A program made the translations under genes and the position numbers. Source: a virus (Duplodnaviria; Caudoviricetes). From it: 57,582 nucleotides of DNA. Under the pieces are notes generated by a model. That model worked only from the letters and a program-made list of their open reading frames with translations. It had not been told where the DNA came from and made no database searches. Location of the stretch: positions 1-57,582 of IMG/VR virus record IMGVR_UViG_3300037751_000355. One strand, written 5' to 3'. Positions 1 through 8,321 of this stretch are shown here, in pieces (position 1 is the first letter of the stretch; each line of letters begins with the position of its first letter).

Positions 1-112
1 GTCGATCCCACGAGCGCCACCGGACAGCACGACCGTGGGCAAGATGCCCGATTCCTCCACGGCCTTCACCACGAGTGTGTAGCTGTTGAGGTCGCGGGAA
101 CCGGCGATGATC
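1..112. repeat. Exact direct repeat of 55297-55408 (circularisation overlap or start of duplicated hypervariable locus)
   Basis: Base-by-base identity of 1-112 with 55297-55408; the copies diverge at 113/55409. Confidence 0.95.
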
Positions 113-120
113 GTTCTCAT
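1..120 (-). CDS. YspA/SLOG-family protein, N-terminal part only (cut by window edge); allele of 55030-55416
   Basis: Minus-strand ATG at 120 gives MRTIIAGSRDLNSY..., matching MRVIIAGSRDLNSY of the full copy. Confidence 0.8.
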   Translation of the reverse strand, partial: MRTIIAGSRDLNSYTLVVKAVEESGILPTVVLSGGARGID

Positions 121-353
121 GGCTCGCTCCTCTCGGGTGCGGCGCGGAGACGTTTGAGTAGGTCGCGGGCGTCTCGCAGCGCGACTCCGATCACGAGGTC
201 GGGGTCGTGGTTCGGGCGTGCCGGAATCGACATGACCCACTCGCGCGAGCCCTCCCTACCTCTCGGCTTGCACAGCGCGGACACCATATCCCACGCTCGG
301 TCAATGCGCGCTTCGACGGCGTCGAGGCTCATGTCTCGGTCATTGGTCGTCAC
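117..353 (-). CDS. Hypothetical protein (allele A; near-identical to 55610-55843)
   Basis: ORF overlapping both neighbours; the second copy differs by a few substitutions. Confidence 0.8.
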   Translation of the reverse strand: MTTNDRDMSLDAVEARIDRAWDMVSALCKPRGREGSREWVMSIPARPNHDPDLVIGVALRDARDLLKRLRAAPERSEP

Positions 354-1452
354 TGGTTGCTTCTCCCGTATCTGTTGTGGCGCCCCCGGAGCGGAGCCGG
401 GCGGCGAAGATGTCCGATAGCGAGCGGCTGTCGAACCGCTTATCGGCGTCCTGAGCGTAATGGAGCGCGTCCATCGCCTCGTCGAGCGTGTAGCGGGGCT
501 CGGCTGCGGAGTTCTGGCGGGATGCTTGGTAAATGCTGTACTCCCCTATCGGTAGTTCTCCACCGAGTAGGATGCGGAATCCAGCGTCATGCGCATGATC
601 TCCTGTCACCTTGAATACTGCTACCGTCTCGGCTGTCGAGAAGTAGTCTCCGACGAACCTGACTGTCTCCTCGAACGCCTCAGCGTCCGACCCCGCAATC
701 TCTGGCGTGAGCTGTCCACCGCCACCCGCTTCGATCATGCGATACCACTGCGCGCGTCGCGTCAGCCAATTGACGATCTGGTCACGCTTCGCTTCCAGTT
801 CCGCCACGTCCTTGGGGGAGTGGAGCGGGTGGGCCTCGGTAACGGGTTCGTTAGGCGACAGCCTCGGCGGCTCCGGTGCTGGCCATCCGTCGGGAACGGG
901 GTCCGGCACCTTCCACCCCGGCGTGTGCGGCGGAACCTTGACTGGTGCACGCTCCCCGGATGGCTCGGGGGAGCGGAGCGCGGCGAGGATGCGGTCGGCG
1001 TGTTTGCTGAGGTCGATGCCCTCAGGGAGCGCCCCGTAATCGTGGATATGCACGTTCGTACACACGTCGGAGAGCATATCCAGTAGCAGCTCCCGCGCTT
1101 CCCCCACGTCGGCCCCTCGCACGTCCTCGGGGGAGCGGCGACGGTCGGTGCGGGAGCGATTCCACACGCGTCCGCTTGCAGCAGCCTCGGCCGCGTGTCG
1201 GACGTCCGGGTCACGCTCCCCCCGGGGACGCTCTCTCCGTCGCTCGCGCGGCGTGTCTCCTCGGTCGGGGCGCTCGGCAACTTCTACGAGAAGCCCCTTT
1301 TTCCACTTCTCCCACAAGTTGATCGCGACCGGGATCTGGTTGCTCCAGTGGGATGCAGCGGTCGATACTTCGTCGTAATGAGTGCGTAACCCGGCGGCCT
1401 GTTCCTCGATCGGAACCGCGCAAGCCTGGTCGGGGCGCTCGGGGGTGCTCAT
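340..1452 (-). CDS. Mosaic multi-module hypothetical protein (allele A of hypervariable locus)
   Basis: Probable start MSTPERPD at 1452 overlapping the upstream stop; contains linkers TDRRRSPEDVRGADV, ALRSPEP, AAEPRYTL and RLRSGGATTDTGEATSD shared with 55833-57582. Confidence 0.7.
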   Translation of the reverse strand: MSTPERPDQACAVPIEEQAAGLRTHYDEVSTAASHWSNQIPVAINLWEKWKKGLLVEVAERPDRGDTPRERRRERPRGERDPDVRHAAEAAASGRVWNRSRTDRRRSPEDVRGADVGEARELLLDMLSDVCTNVHIHDYGALPEGIDLSKHADRILAALRSPEPSGERAPVKVPPHTPGWKVPDPVPDGWPAPEPPRLSPNEPVTEAHPLHSPKDVAELEAKRDQIVNWLTRRAQWYRMIEAGGGGQLTPEIAGSDAEAFEETVRFVGDYFSTAETVAVFKVTGDHAHDAGFRILLGGELPIGEYSIYQASRQNSAAEPRYTLDEAMDALHYAQDADKRFDSRSLSDIFAARLRSGGATTDTGEATSDDQ

Positions 1453-1682
1453 GGGAAGTCGCTCCGGTACGACGGACGCACGGTGATTCGCGCGCACCGC
1501 ACGACACCGCGACGACGCATCCGTCTCCACTCGCCGCCGTCGATCCAATCGGGCCGCGCGGCGAGTGAATCGCGCCGAGTCGGGCGAACCGTGCTTTCCC
1601 ACAGATGCCACCTACCCTCGGGGGCGAATCCCTGCCGGAACCAGACTGCCCATGCGAAATCGTGAATACCGTCTGTGCTCAC
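1449..1682 (-). CDS. Hypothetical protein
   Basis: GTG start overlapping the TGA of 1679-1888, with GGAGG upstream. Confidence 0.55.
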   Translation of the reverse strand: MSTDGIHDFAWAVWFRQGFAPEGRWHLWESTVRPTRRDSLAARPDWIDGGEWRRMRRRGVVRCARITVRPSYRSDFP

Positions 1683-1888
1683 TTCGAACCTCCCTCCTCT
1701 CGGGGTGCGCGGCGCTCGCCTTTCCGCTTGTCGGTCGTGACCGTGGGCTGTCCGCATTTGGGGCAGGGCGACGCAGCGTCGGCTAGCCATTCGTAGCGGC
1801 ACGAGTAGCACACGAGATGGACCGGCGGGTCGACGGGACTCGGGTGGCCTTCTACGTGGTGGAGGTCGAGCTTCGCTGCCCCTCTCAC
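1679..1888 (-). CDS. Small zinc-ribbon protein
   Basis: CYSC...CPKCG; translationally coupled on both sides. Confidence 0.65.
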   Translation of the reverse strand: MRGAAKLDLHHVEGHPSPVDPPVHLVCYSCRYEWLADAASPCPKCGQPTVTTDKRKGERRAPREEGGSK

Positions 1889-2868
1889 TTCGTGCCTCCT
1901 TCCGCTTCGGGGGTGGCGAGGCAGTAGATCGCGCGAAGCTCCTCCTCGGTCATCTCAGCGAGCGTCGGGATGACGGGTCCATCCGCTGCGAGGCAACGGT
2001 TTTCCACGCTCTCGATGATCTGCGCGATGGCAGCCAGCGCCTCCCTCTCGGGCTCCGCTGCCGTGGGGGCGGGGGAGCGGAGCGCGTAGAGCGCGTGCCT
2101 CAGTGCTACGATCTCCCTCATGGCGTCCGCTACGATCCGGTTGCCGTGGGCGTCGTATCCGCCTTCGGATCCGTCTAGCGCGTCGTCGAGGTCGATCGTG
2201 TTGAAGTCGTGCCATGGGGCGTCTCGCTGCGGATCCACCTCCCACCATGCCCTCCCCGTCTCGGCGGGCTCGGGAGCGGAGAGCAGGGCGAGGTCCTCAC
2301 GCCAAATGACATGCCGCTTGATCTGGCTGATGAGGGTTTGGGCGACCCCGAACCGCGCGGCCAAATCCCGCTGACTGTCGGAGGATGCGCGGATCTCCCG
2401 CACTTCATCCCATGAGAGCGCAGCATTGTTGCCCAACTCGCCAGACTGTTCGCCGTTTCGGCCCTTTCTCGCCCGATCCGCGTTATTCTGAGCCTTTGTG
2501 CCGAGCCATAAGTGTTCCGGATTAACGCACGACGGGTTGTCGCATTCGTGACAAACACACCTGTCTGGCGGGATCTGTCCGCAATGGATCAGCCAGGAGA
2601 CCCTATGCGCGTACCAAGATTGACCACCCCACTGGAAGCAGCCATATCCAGCGTCACTGGTGCCCGCCGTCCATGCCCAACATCCGGACTCGTCATCCAC
2701 CCGGTACTTCTCGTGAAAGCGTGCCCTTACCGCTGCGTCTACCACGGGCGCGCTGTACACGGCGAGGATGCGGTCGGCGCACTCGGTAGGCGACCAGTCC
2801 TTGATCGCCCTGCCCAACTCGTATTCGACCTCCGCCGCCACGCGCTCCCGCAGCTCCTCGCTCACCAT
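1885..2868 (-). CDS. Mosaic protein with embedded HNH endonuclease plus HTH module
   Basis: CWAW...GYG...AHRVSW...VCHECDNPSCVNPEHL...N is a typical HNH motif, followed by SQRDLAARFGVAQTLISQIK (HTH); carries APEPAET and ALRSPAPTAA linkers. Confidence 0.8.
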   Translation of the reverse strand: MVSEELRERVAAEVEYELGRAIKDWSPTECADRILAVYSAPVVDAAVRARFHEKYRVDDESGCWAWTAGTSDAGYGCFQWGGQSWYAHRVSWLIHCGQIPPDRCVCHECDNPSCVNPEHLWLGTKAQNNADRARKGRNGEQSGELGNNAALSWDEVREIRASSDSQRDLAARFGVAQTLISQIKRHVIWREDLALLSAPEPAETGRAWWEVDPQRDAPWHDFNTIDLDDALDGSEGGYDAHGNRIVADAMREIVALRHALYALRSPAPTAAEPEREALAAIAQIIESVENRCLAADGPVIPTLAEMTEEELRAIYCLATPEAEGGTK

Positions 2869-3122
2869 CCCAGCACCCCCGACCCGACCGCGACCACGAC
2901 CAGGACCGCGAGAAGGCCAAACATGAGCGCCGCGAGCGCCTGCAACGCGAGCTCGACGAAGCGACGCCACTCCGCCTCCATGTCGTCTCCGTTGGCGACG
3001 CGCGGGCCCTCATCCATGTCGTCGGGCAGGTAGGATGCGAGCCGGATCTGCGTGCGCTCTGCCGCTGCCAGCGTCTCGCGGTCCGGGTGGGTGACGCGGC
3101 CGTTCGTGTGGACGTCGGTCAT
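2862..3122 (-). CDS. Hypothetical membrane protein
   Basis: C-terminal hydrophobic stretch; AGGAGG upstream of the ATG. Confidence 0.6.
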   Translation of the reverse strand: MTDVHTNGRVTHPDRETLAAAERTQIRLASYLPDDMDEGPRVANGDDMEAEWRRFVELALQALAALMFGLLAVLVVVAVGSGVLGW

Positions 3123-3304
3123 GGGGTGCCTCCTGTGGGTGCGAGTCGTGTATTCCGTGTTTTCATCGTCCGCTTCGGCCACCGCGGCGGGATCTGCCCT
3201 CCGAGCACCATCCCCCGGCGGGCGTCGTCCTCGATCAGCTTCACGTAGCCGTCGTGCTCACTGTCCGGCATGTCGACGAGCACCACCCAACGCTCACGCG
3301 CCAT
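3119..3304 (-). CDS. Hypothetical protein
   Basis: Coupled small ORF in the minus-strand array. Confidence 0.5.
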   Translation of the reverse strand: MARERWVVLVDMPDSEHDGYVKLIEDDARRGMVLGGQIPPRWPKRTMKTRNTRLAPTGGTP

Positions 3305-3704
3305 CGGTCGACTCCTCGTCTGTGAGGGAGGCGCGGATCGTCGCGTCCATCACCAACCCAACCTCGCCTTCGTGGACGAAATCATGGACTGCACCCGGCG
3401 GGTCGTAGCCGTCGTCACCGTCTAGATCATCGTCGGCGCCCAGCCATTCCTCGAACGCCGCGACAAGCTTTTGTTGGTCGAGGAGTGGTAGGAACCATGT
3501 GCCGTGCTCGCCGAAGACGATTTCTGGCACGCGCTCCCACTCATCCCACACGTAATCCTCACCCTCGACCATCGTGTAGATCGCGAGCGTGGGGTCCGTG
3601 CCGCAGTCCCGGCAGCCCGTGTAGACCTCCAGGCCGTACCACGTGCCGTTGGGGCCCGACAGCCGCACGAGCCCGCTCGGCTCACCACATCCGCAGCTAC
3701 CCAT
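3294..3704 (-). CDS. Hypothetical Cys-containing acidic protein
   Basis: Starts MGSCGCG with GGAGG RBS; ends with ASLTDE junction shared with 3697-3963. Confidence 0.6.
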   Translation of the reverse strand: MGSCGCGEPSGLVRLSGPNGTWYGLEVYTGCRDCGTDPTLAIYTMVEGEDYVWDEWERVPEIVFGEHGTWFLPLLDQQKLVAAFEEWLGADDDLDGDDGYDPPGAVHDFVHEGEVGLVMDATIRASLTDEESTDGA

Positions 3705-3963
3705 TCGTCCCTCCGGGCTCGTCTGTGAGGGAGGCGAGAGCGGCTTCGGCGATCTCGCCCATATCGATGGCGACGGTGCACATGGCCCCGAGTGTCGGTC
3801 GATGTAGCGCATCTATGCCGACGATCTCCCGCAGGGCCTCCACGAGAGCGTCGAGGTGCGTCCCCACGACAGCATCCGCCCTCAGCTTGCGGACGACCTC
3901 GCACTCGGAGCCGTCGGACTCGTAGAGTCGCTCACCGTCAGTCCACCGGCGGATCGTGCTCAT
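3697..3963 (-). CDS. Hypothetical protein
   Basis: Starts MSTIRRW with GGAGG RBS; ends ALASLTDEPGG. Confidence 0.6.
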   Translation of the reverse strand: MSTIRRWTDGERLYESDGSECEVVRKLRADAVVGTHLDALVEALREIVGIDALHRPTLGAMCTVAIDMGEIAEAALASLTDEPGGTNG

Positions 3964-4154
3964 TCGGCCTCCGTGGGTGTCGTGGGGGTGGGCTCCTCGA
4001 CGGCTTCGTCCGTCCGCTCCGTATGCTCCGTAGCCGTCCCTCCCCTGCTGTTGATCCATTCGGCCCACTGCCGGTAGTCGTCGTAGCACATGATGCATGT
4101 GCTCGACTCGTGGTCGGCCGGAAGCGGCAAACCGCACATCGCGCACCCGCTCAC
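3960..4154 (-). CDS. Small Cys-motif protein
   Basis: CAMC...CIMC; GTGA/ATGA overlaps with neighbours. Confidence 0.55.
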   Translation of the reverse strand: MSGCAMCGLPLPADHESSTCIMCYDDYRQWAEWINSRGGTATEHTERTDEAVEEPTPTTPTEAE

Positions 4155-4390
4155 GGTTCACCTTCCGTGGGTGCGGGCCTGGCAGCGGACAGAGCAGCGC
4201 GGACCGCTTCGAGCGCAGCCTGCACACGCTCGTCGCGGGGTCGGTACAATGCCGCGATGGCCAGCGCGTCCTCTGCCCTGACGAGCGCGGCGTGCATGGT
4301 GGGAGCGGAGGAGATCAGGGCGGCGTCCGCAACCTTGCGGGCCAGCAGGCTGTCGACCTCGGCTTCCAGGTCTTCGATTGCGCCTACCAT
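4151..4390 (-). CDS. Hypothetical protein
   Basis: ADAALISSAPTM...AL motif common in phage accessory proteins. Confidence 0.55.
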   Translation of the reverse strand: MVGAIEDLEAEVDSLLARKVADAALISSAPTMHAALVRAEDALAIAALYRPRDERVQAALEAVRAALSAARPAPTEGEP

Positions 4391-4656
4391 GTCGACACCC
4401 CACACAGCGCGATCACCGTGAGCTCGTTCGGGTAGTCGAGCATTGCGAGCGTGGACGTCACCCGGCTCTTGGCCGAGTTGTAGGCCTCGATCTCCTCCAG
4501 CCTCGTGAGGAGTCTCGAAACCTCTCCCCACGCATCTTGTGTATGCCGAGAACACATCGCCTTCGTCTCGAAGTCCGTCACGACCTCCTCAAGCGCCTTC
4601 GCATTCGCATACCTCTCAATCGCATCTTCGAGGCGCGCTCGTTGCTCGTAGGTCAT
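4384..4656 (-). CDS. Hypothetical protein
   Basis: ATG with GGAGG RBS. Confidence 0.55.
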   Translation of the reverse strand: MTYEQRARLEDAIERYANAKALEEVVTDFETKAMCSRHTQDAWGEVSRLLTRLEEIEAYNSAKSRVTSTLAMLDYPNELTVIALCGVSTW

Positions 4657-4843
4657 CGCTCGTTCCTCCGCTTCAACCACTCGTACCAAGCGATTATCGG
4701 AAGCGCGCTCGTGATCGGAGCGTACCCCAAAATTCTCCCCTTCGCATCCCGCATCTCTCGCTTGAGCGTGAACGTCACCCTCTCGCCCGTGCGAAGGTCC
4801 GTCGTTGCGTGAATCATCTTTCCCTCCTCCGTTGAGCTTAAAT

Positions 4844-5122
4844 CTACTTCAATTTCTTCGCTTGCGCAAGTCTCTCCCTCAACGTGTCGCTTCCGTTATC
4901 CGCATACTCCTGCGCCCGTTCCTGCTCATGGTCCCACCTCGCCTCCATCTCCGCATCGACCTCCTCCTCCATATCGTCCTCATACCACCGCCAAAGGGCG
5001 GTAGCCAACGCGGAAAGATACGCGGACGAGTCGGACCCCTGTTGCCAAGCGTCGCTCGCAAGATCCTGAAACTCCTCGTACAACGCCTCGATCTTCCCTT
5101 CAGCGATCTCCTTTCGCGTCAT
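4844..5122 (-). CDS. Acidic hypothetical protein
   Basis: Starts MTRKEIAEG with GGAGG RBS; D/E-rich. Confidence 0.6.
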   Translation of the reverse strand: MTRKEIAEGKIEALYEEFQDLASDAWQQGSDSSAYLSALATALWRWYEDDMEEEVDAEMEARWDHEQERAQEYADNGSDTLRERLAQAKKLK

Positions 5123-5280
5123 TTCCGCCTCCCTTTGATCTCCGAAATGGAAAACCATACCGCCCCCACCATCACCCAAACAGGACCTACCGCCTCTCCC
5201 GCGAAAAGCACCGTCACCCCAATAAAAACACAAACACCCCCGATAAGCCACTCCCAAAGACCATTACCGCTTCGTTTCAT
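5119..5280 (-). CDS. Small two-TM membrane protein
   Basis: Two hydrophobic segments; AGGAGG RBS. Confidence 0.55.
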   Translation of the reverse strand: MKRSGNGLWEWLIGGVCVFIGVTVLFAGEAVGPVWVMVGAVWFSISEIKGRRK

Positions 5281-5572
5281 CGTTCTTCCTCCTAACGAAT
5301 TCCGCTTCAAGTGAAGGAAACATAAACAACTTCTTATTTCTCTGCAACATAGCGATGATGTTTTCCAGGTGCCCGTCCGTCAGCTCCGAGTAAGAAATTT
5401 TTCTGTTATCCAGCGTGATCCACACCCGACGTTCATCGTTATCCGCTATTACAGACTCCAAATAATCTGTCCACTCGTTTCCTCTATAATTACCCGCCCA
5501 AGCGGCTTGATTTTCCTCATAAGTAACCCCCTCACAAAGCCACACGCCCGGCCGCGCTTCGTACATTTTCAT
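5264..5572 (-). CDS. Hypothetical protein
   Basis: W.T.D.RKI...ELTD.HL.NII.ML motif of small phage proteins; AGGAG RBS. Confidence 0.6.
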   Translation of the reverse strand: MKMYEARPGVWLCEGVTYEENQAAWAGNYRGNEWTDYLESVIADNDERRVWITLDNRKISYSELTDGHLENIIAMLQRNKKLFMFPSLEAEFVRRKNDETKR

Positions 5573-6471
5573 TTGGCTTCCTTCCTCCTAAACTGAGTCA
5601 TCATCAACGCCCTTCTCACATTCTCCGATGGCGCCGTGCACAACGGAAGGAACTCACACCCTCCGTAGTTATTACACGCCTTCTCGTTCTTCGGCCAAAT
5701 CCCTGACTCCTCGTGCGCTCGTTCCTGCGCCTCCAGCCCCGTCACCCACCAATGAGCGTCGGCGATTTGCTCCTGCGTGAAGTCAACGAGTTTCAACGCG
5801 GAGGGGGCGCTCTTCCGCTTCTTCCACGCCTCCGGAGGATCCAACGCCTTCTCTCCCATATAGACAGCGTTGATTAGTCCCCCATCGACTCGAATCCCCT
5901 CAAGAGACTGCATTTGAGCGGCGTAAATCCGAAGCTGATGACTAATCCGAAATTGCATAAACCAATAGTCATTAATCCATTGCGTCGTGCACTTGAGGTC
6001 AGGAATATAATGCTTCCCTCCGTGCAAGAGCACAAAATCCGGAATACTCGTCACACTCACAACGCCCGAATCCCCTACCCATTCAAAAGTCTTCTTCACC
6101 CCCGACCACTCCTTCAACACCTCCCCTTCCTCAAGGATCGTAGGCGACTCCTCCCGCTCCTGCATGTAGAGTCTAAGCCGCTCCTCAAGAAAGGGGAGCG
6201 TCAACCACGGGTGCTTCGACCCGAGGGGCGTCCGGGTGTCTCCCCAGGACTCCGCGAGCGCCGTTGCCGCTTCCGAGAAGTCCCACGCTTTCGTGTAAAG
6301 TACGTTAAAGGCGGCGTCGATCGCACTCCCCGCGAGCATCGGAAGCTTCGTGTCGGGTGCCTCTAACTCCTCCCGATACTTATAGTCGAAAAGCTGCGCG
6401 CAATTCGCGAGAGTCGAAAGCGACGAATACGAATGAGGTCTGTCCATTATCGCGTCCTCCAAGTCCACCAC
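5569..6471 (-). CDS. PD-(D/E)xK exonuclease (Cas4/RecB-like, recombination)
   Basis: HSYSSLST..C, IPDF...DLK, QLRIY, and C-terminal Cys cluster CNNYGGCEFLPLC. Confidence 0.85.
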   Translation of the reverse strand: MVDLEDAIMDRPHSYSSLSTLANCAQLFDYKYREELEAPDTKLPMLAGSAIDAAFNVLYTKAWDFSEAATALAESWGDTRTPLGSKHPWLTLPFLEERLRLYMQEREESPTILEEGEVLKEWSGVKKTFEWVGDSGVVSVTSIPDFVLLHGGKHYIPDLKCTTQWINDYWFMQFRISHQLRIYAAQMQSLEGIRVDGGLINAVYMGEKALDPPEAWKKRKSAPSALKLVDFTQEQIADAHWWVTGLEAQERAHEESGIWPKNEKACNNYGGCEFLPLCTAPSENVRRALMMTQFRRKEAK

Positions 6472-6523
6472 ACTAGAATCAACACACCCGCGAGGTTCGC
6501 GAGCGCCTGTACCTCATTCCACG

Positions 6524-6763
6524 TCATCTCTCGCCCCCTTTCCAAACCCAAAGCATCTCCCGCGCCTCCTCTTCCGTCGGAAACTCCCCGTCGAAGTCCT
6601 CCTCCAATTCCCAAACCCGAACCCAACCCGTACCCATGCAAACCGGACATTCCTTCTCCGCGAAAATGGGCTCGGGAGGATTCACCCACGTCGCCTTCGT
6701 CCACCCCACCACGAGATCCCCCGTCCCTCTACAAGTCTCACACACTCGTTTAGTCTCATTCAT
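6524..6763 (-). CDS. Small DnaJ-type CxxCxGxG zinc-finger protein
   Basis: CETCRGTG and CPVCMGTG; AGGAGG RBS. Confidence 0.65.
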   Translation of the reverse strand: MNETKRVCETCRGTGDLVVGWTKATWVNPPEPIFAEKECPVCMGTGWVRVWELEEDFDGEFPTEEEAREMLWVWKGGER

Positions 6764-6925
6764 ACTCCCTCCTCCTCCTAATCGTGACTCCTCCTTCAAC
6801 CGCTTCAAGAGAGATCACCCAACGCGACCGCGACGCTCCGTGCCACCTCCCCCAAAGGTATCCGCACGCGAAGAGCACGGGCGCGACGAGAACGACCGTC
6901 CACACAAAGGCCCACTCGTCGGGTG

Positions 6926-7204
6926 TCATCGCTCGACCTTAACGCGTACCTCCCGCTCCCCTTGGATCAACACCCAAACTCCCTCGGGTGCGTCCCACCG
7001 CGCGACAAAGCCTTCAAGCGGATTCACGAGCGCCTCGTCTAGGATCTCGTTCCACGTCTTAGGCGCTTTGCGCGCGGCGTCTCTTAGACCTTCCTCGTAA
7101 CCGTCCTCGTGTCCTGCGTCGTACCCATAACTATACTCAGCCTCCCCGTCCTTCATACCATCGTCGTATCCGTTTTGATACGCTGCCTCGTAATCGTCAT
7201 TCAT
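6926..7204 (-). CDS. Hypothetical protein with GxxxG (GY..G) repeats
   Basis: YQNGYDDGMKDG...GYDAGHEDGYEEG. Confidence 0.55.
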   Translation of the reverse strand: MNDDYEAAYQNGYDDGMKDGEAEYSYGYDAGHEDGYEEGLRDAARKAPKTWNEILDEALVNPLEGFVARWDAPEGVWVLIQGEREVRVKVER

Positions 7205-7235
7205 CGTCCGTTCCTTCAAGTCTAAAGGATTACCT

Positions 7236-7439
7236 CTATGGGCGGAAAACTCTTTCAACCGCCTCTTGCGCAACGAGGACCTTAACGTGCGTCCGTTCGG
7301 TCGTGAGAGCCCGCGCGGTGGCGTAGTCCTCCCCCATCGCTTCGCGCCTCTGATACGTCGCTCGCGAGATCCCAAGGGCGCGCGCCATCTCTTCCTGTGT
7401 GTACCCTAGGAAAGCGCGCGCTCGCGTGAGGGGGTTCAT
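7236..7439 (-). CDS. XRE-family HTH transcriptional regulator
   Basis: ARAFLGYTQEEMARALGISRATYQRRE. Confidence 0.85.
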   Translation of the reverse strand: MNPLTRARAFLGYTQEEMARALGISRATYQRREAMGEDYATARALTTERTHVKVLVAQEAVERVFRP

Positions 7440-7618
7440 GAATTCACCCGGTTTAGGAAGCGCTCCCGATCGAAATTGGGATTGGTATTCCCTAGTTCCC
7501 GCGCGAACGCCTCAGCAACGTGCCTCACGTCCTCTTGCGTCAAACTAAGGCTCCTAATCGTATCGGCGATGAACTCAAAATGCACCCTAGTCATATTAGG
7601 CTTTCTTGTAGTTCTCAT
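7436..7618 (-). CDS. Conserved small phage protein
   Basis: MTR.HFEFIAD.I ... A..L...NPNFDRERF motif. Confidence 0.65.
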   Translation of the reverse strand: MRTTRKPNMTRVHFEFIADTIRSLSLTQEDVRHVAEAFARELGNTNPNFDRERFLNRVNS

Positions 7619-7959
7619 TCCTCGTTCCTCCTCCTGTCTAAGTCTAATTCAACCCGCACGACGACGCAAACAACGTCCACCATAAAACGACTCCCACCAC
7701 TATCGGAAACGCGGGGGGCGTCCACCGCTCTTTCATCTCCCTCGCCTCCGCGTAAGGTGCCACCAACCACACTCCTCCCCTAGATACGCATTCATGCGTT
7801 GCCCCCGCTCTTCGATCCTCCTCGCCGAAGTCTCGGCGCTCTCTTGCGTCGGGTGCGCGGCCTTCCCGCAAACGTCACACACAATTCTAGGTCGTCCTGT
7901 ATAAGCCGACACACTCAAGTGTGTCGTCGCAAGTTTTTGCATCGTTGACTCCCTTGGTA

Positions 7960-8181
7960 TTAGAGATAGTCTTTCGTGTCTTTGCCGAGAGCAATAAGCC
8001 CCTGTATCCATTCACAATCTCGGATATGTTTTATGTCTTCCGTCAGACTTCCACCACGATTCACAACGCGAACGGGGGCGCGACAATAGAAGCAACATTC
8101 CCCGTAGTCCGAATCGTTTTCGATGGGCTCGTTCTCGGTAAGCCGTTCCAACGCCTCTAGCATCGTTATGGCGTAATGCAT
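7960..8181 (-). CDS. Hypothetical Cys/His protein
   Basis: CCFYC...H..DC; GAGGAG RBS. Confidence 0.55.
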   Translation of the reverse strand: MHYAITMLEALERLTENEPIENDSDYGECCFYCRAPVRVVNRGGSLTEDIKHIRDCEWIQGLIALGKDTKDYL

Positions 8182-8210
8182 CTTTTTGACTCCTCATTCA
8201 AAGGGAAAAT

Positions 8211-8311
8211 ACCCGTCCAAGGTTCGACCCTTGGTTCCGTGCAAGCCTGGTGTTACCACCCTAACACAAGGTCAATCGCAGCCTGCCAAGCTCTGCCCTG
8301 GCGACACGGGT
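8211..8311 (-). ncRNA. Candidate structured RNA (four-stem junction)
   Basis: Closing stem ACCCGU/ACGGGU encloses three hairpins; G-U pairs work on the minus strand; intergenic. Confidence 0.45.
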
Positions 8312-8321
8312 TCCTCTTAGC

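Noticed and set aside
117-353. Diversity-generating retroelement TR/VR pair with 55610-55843
   Set aside because: No reverse transcriptase; differences are scattered, largely synonymous and not adenine-specific.
340-2280. Shufflon or invertible cassette system
   Set aside because: All linkers are direct repeats on one strand, and no tyrosine or serine recombinase is recognisable.
5569-6471. Cas4 as part of a CRISPR system
   Set aside because: Stand-alone phage exonuclease; no cas1/cas2 or array.
7944-7963. Fourth N7 promoter (GTTGACT-N7-TATTAG)
   Set aside because: Lacks the final T of the -10 hexamer and points antisense to the local genes.
8217-8234. tRNA suggested by plus-strand CCAAGG-TTCGAC-CCTTGG
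   Set aside because: No D-arm, anticodon arm or acceptor stem in register; better explained as one stem of a minus-strand structure.
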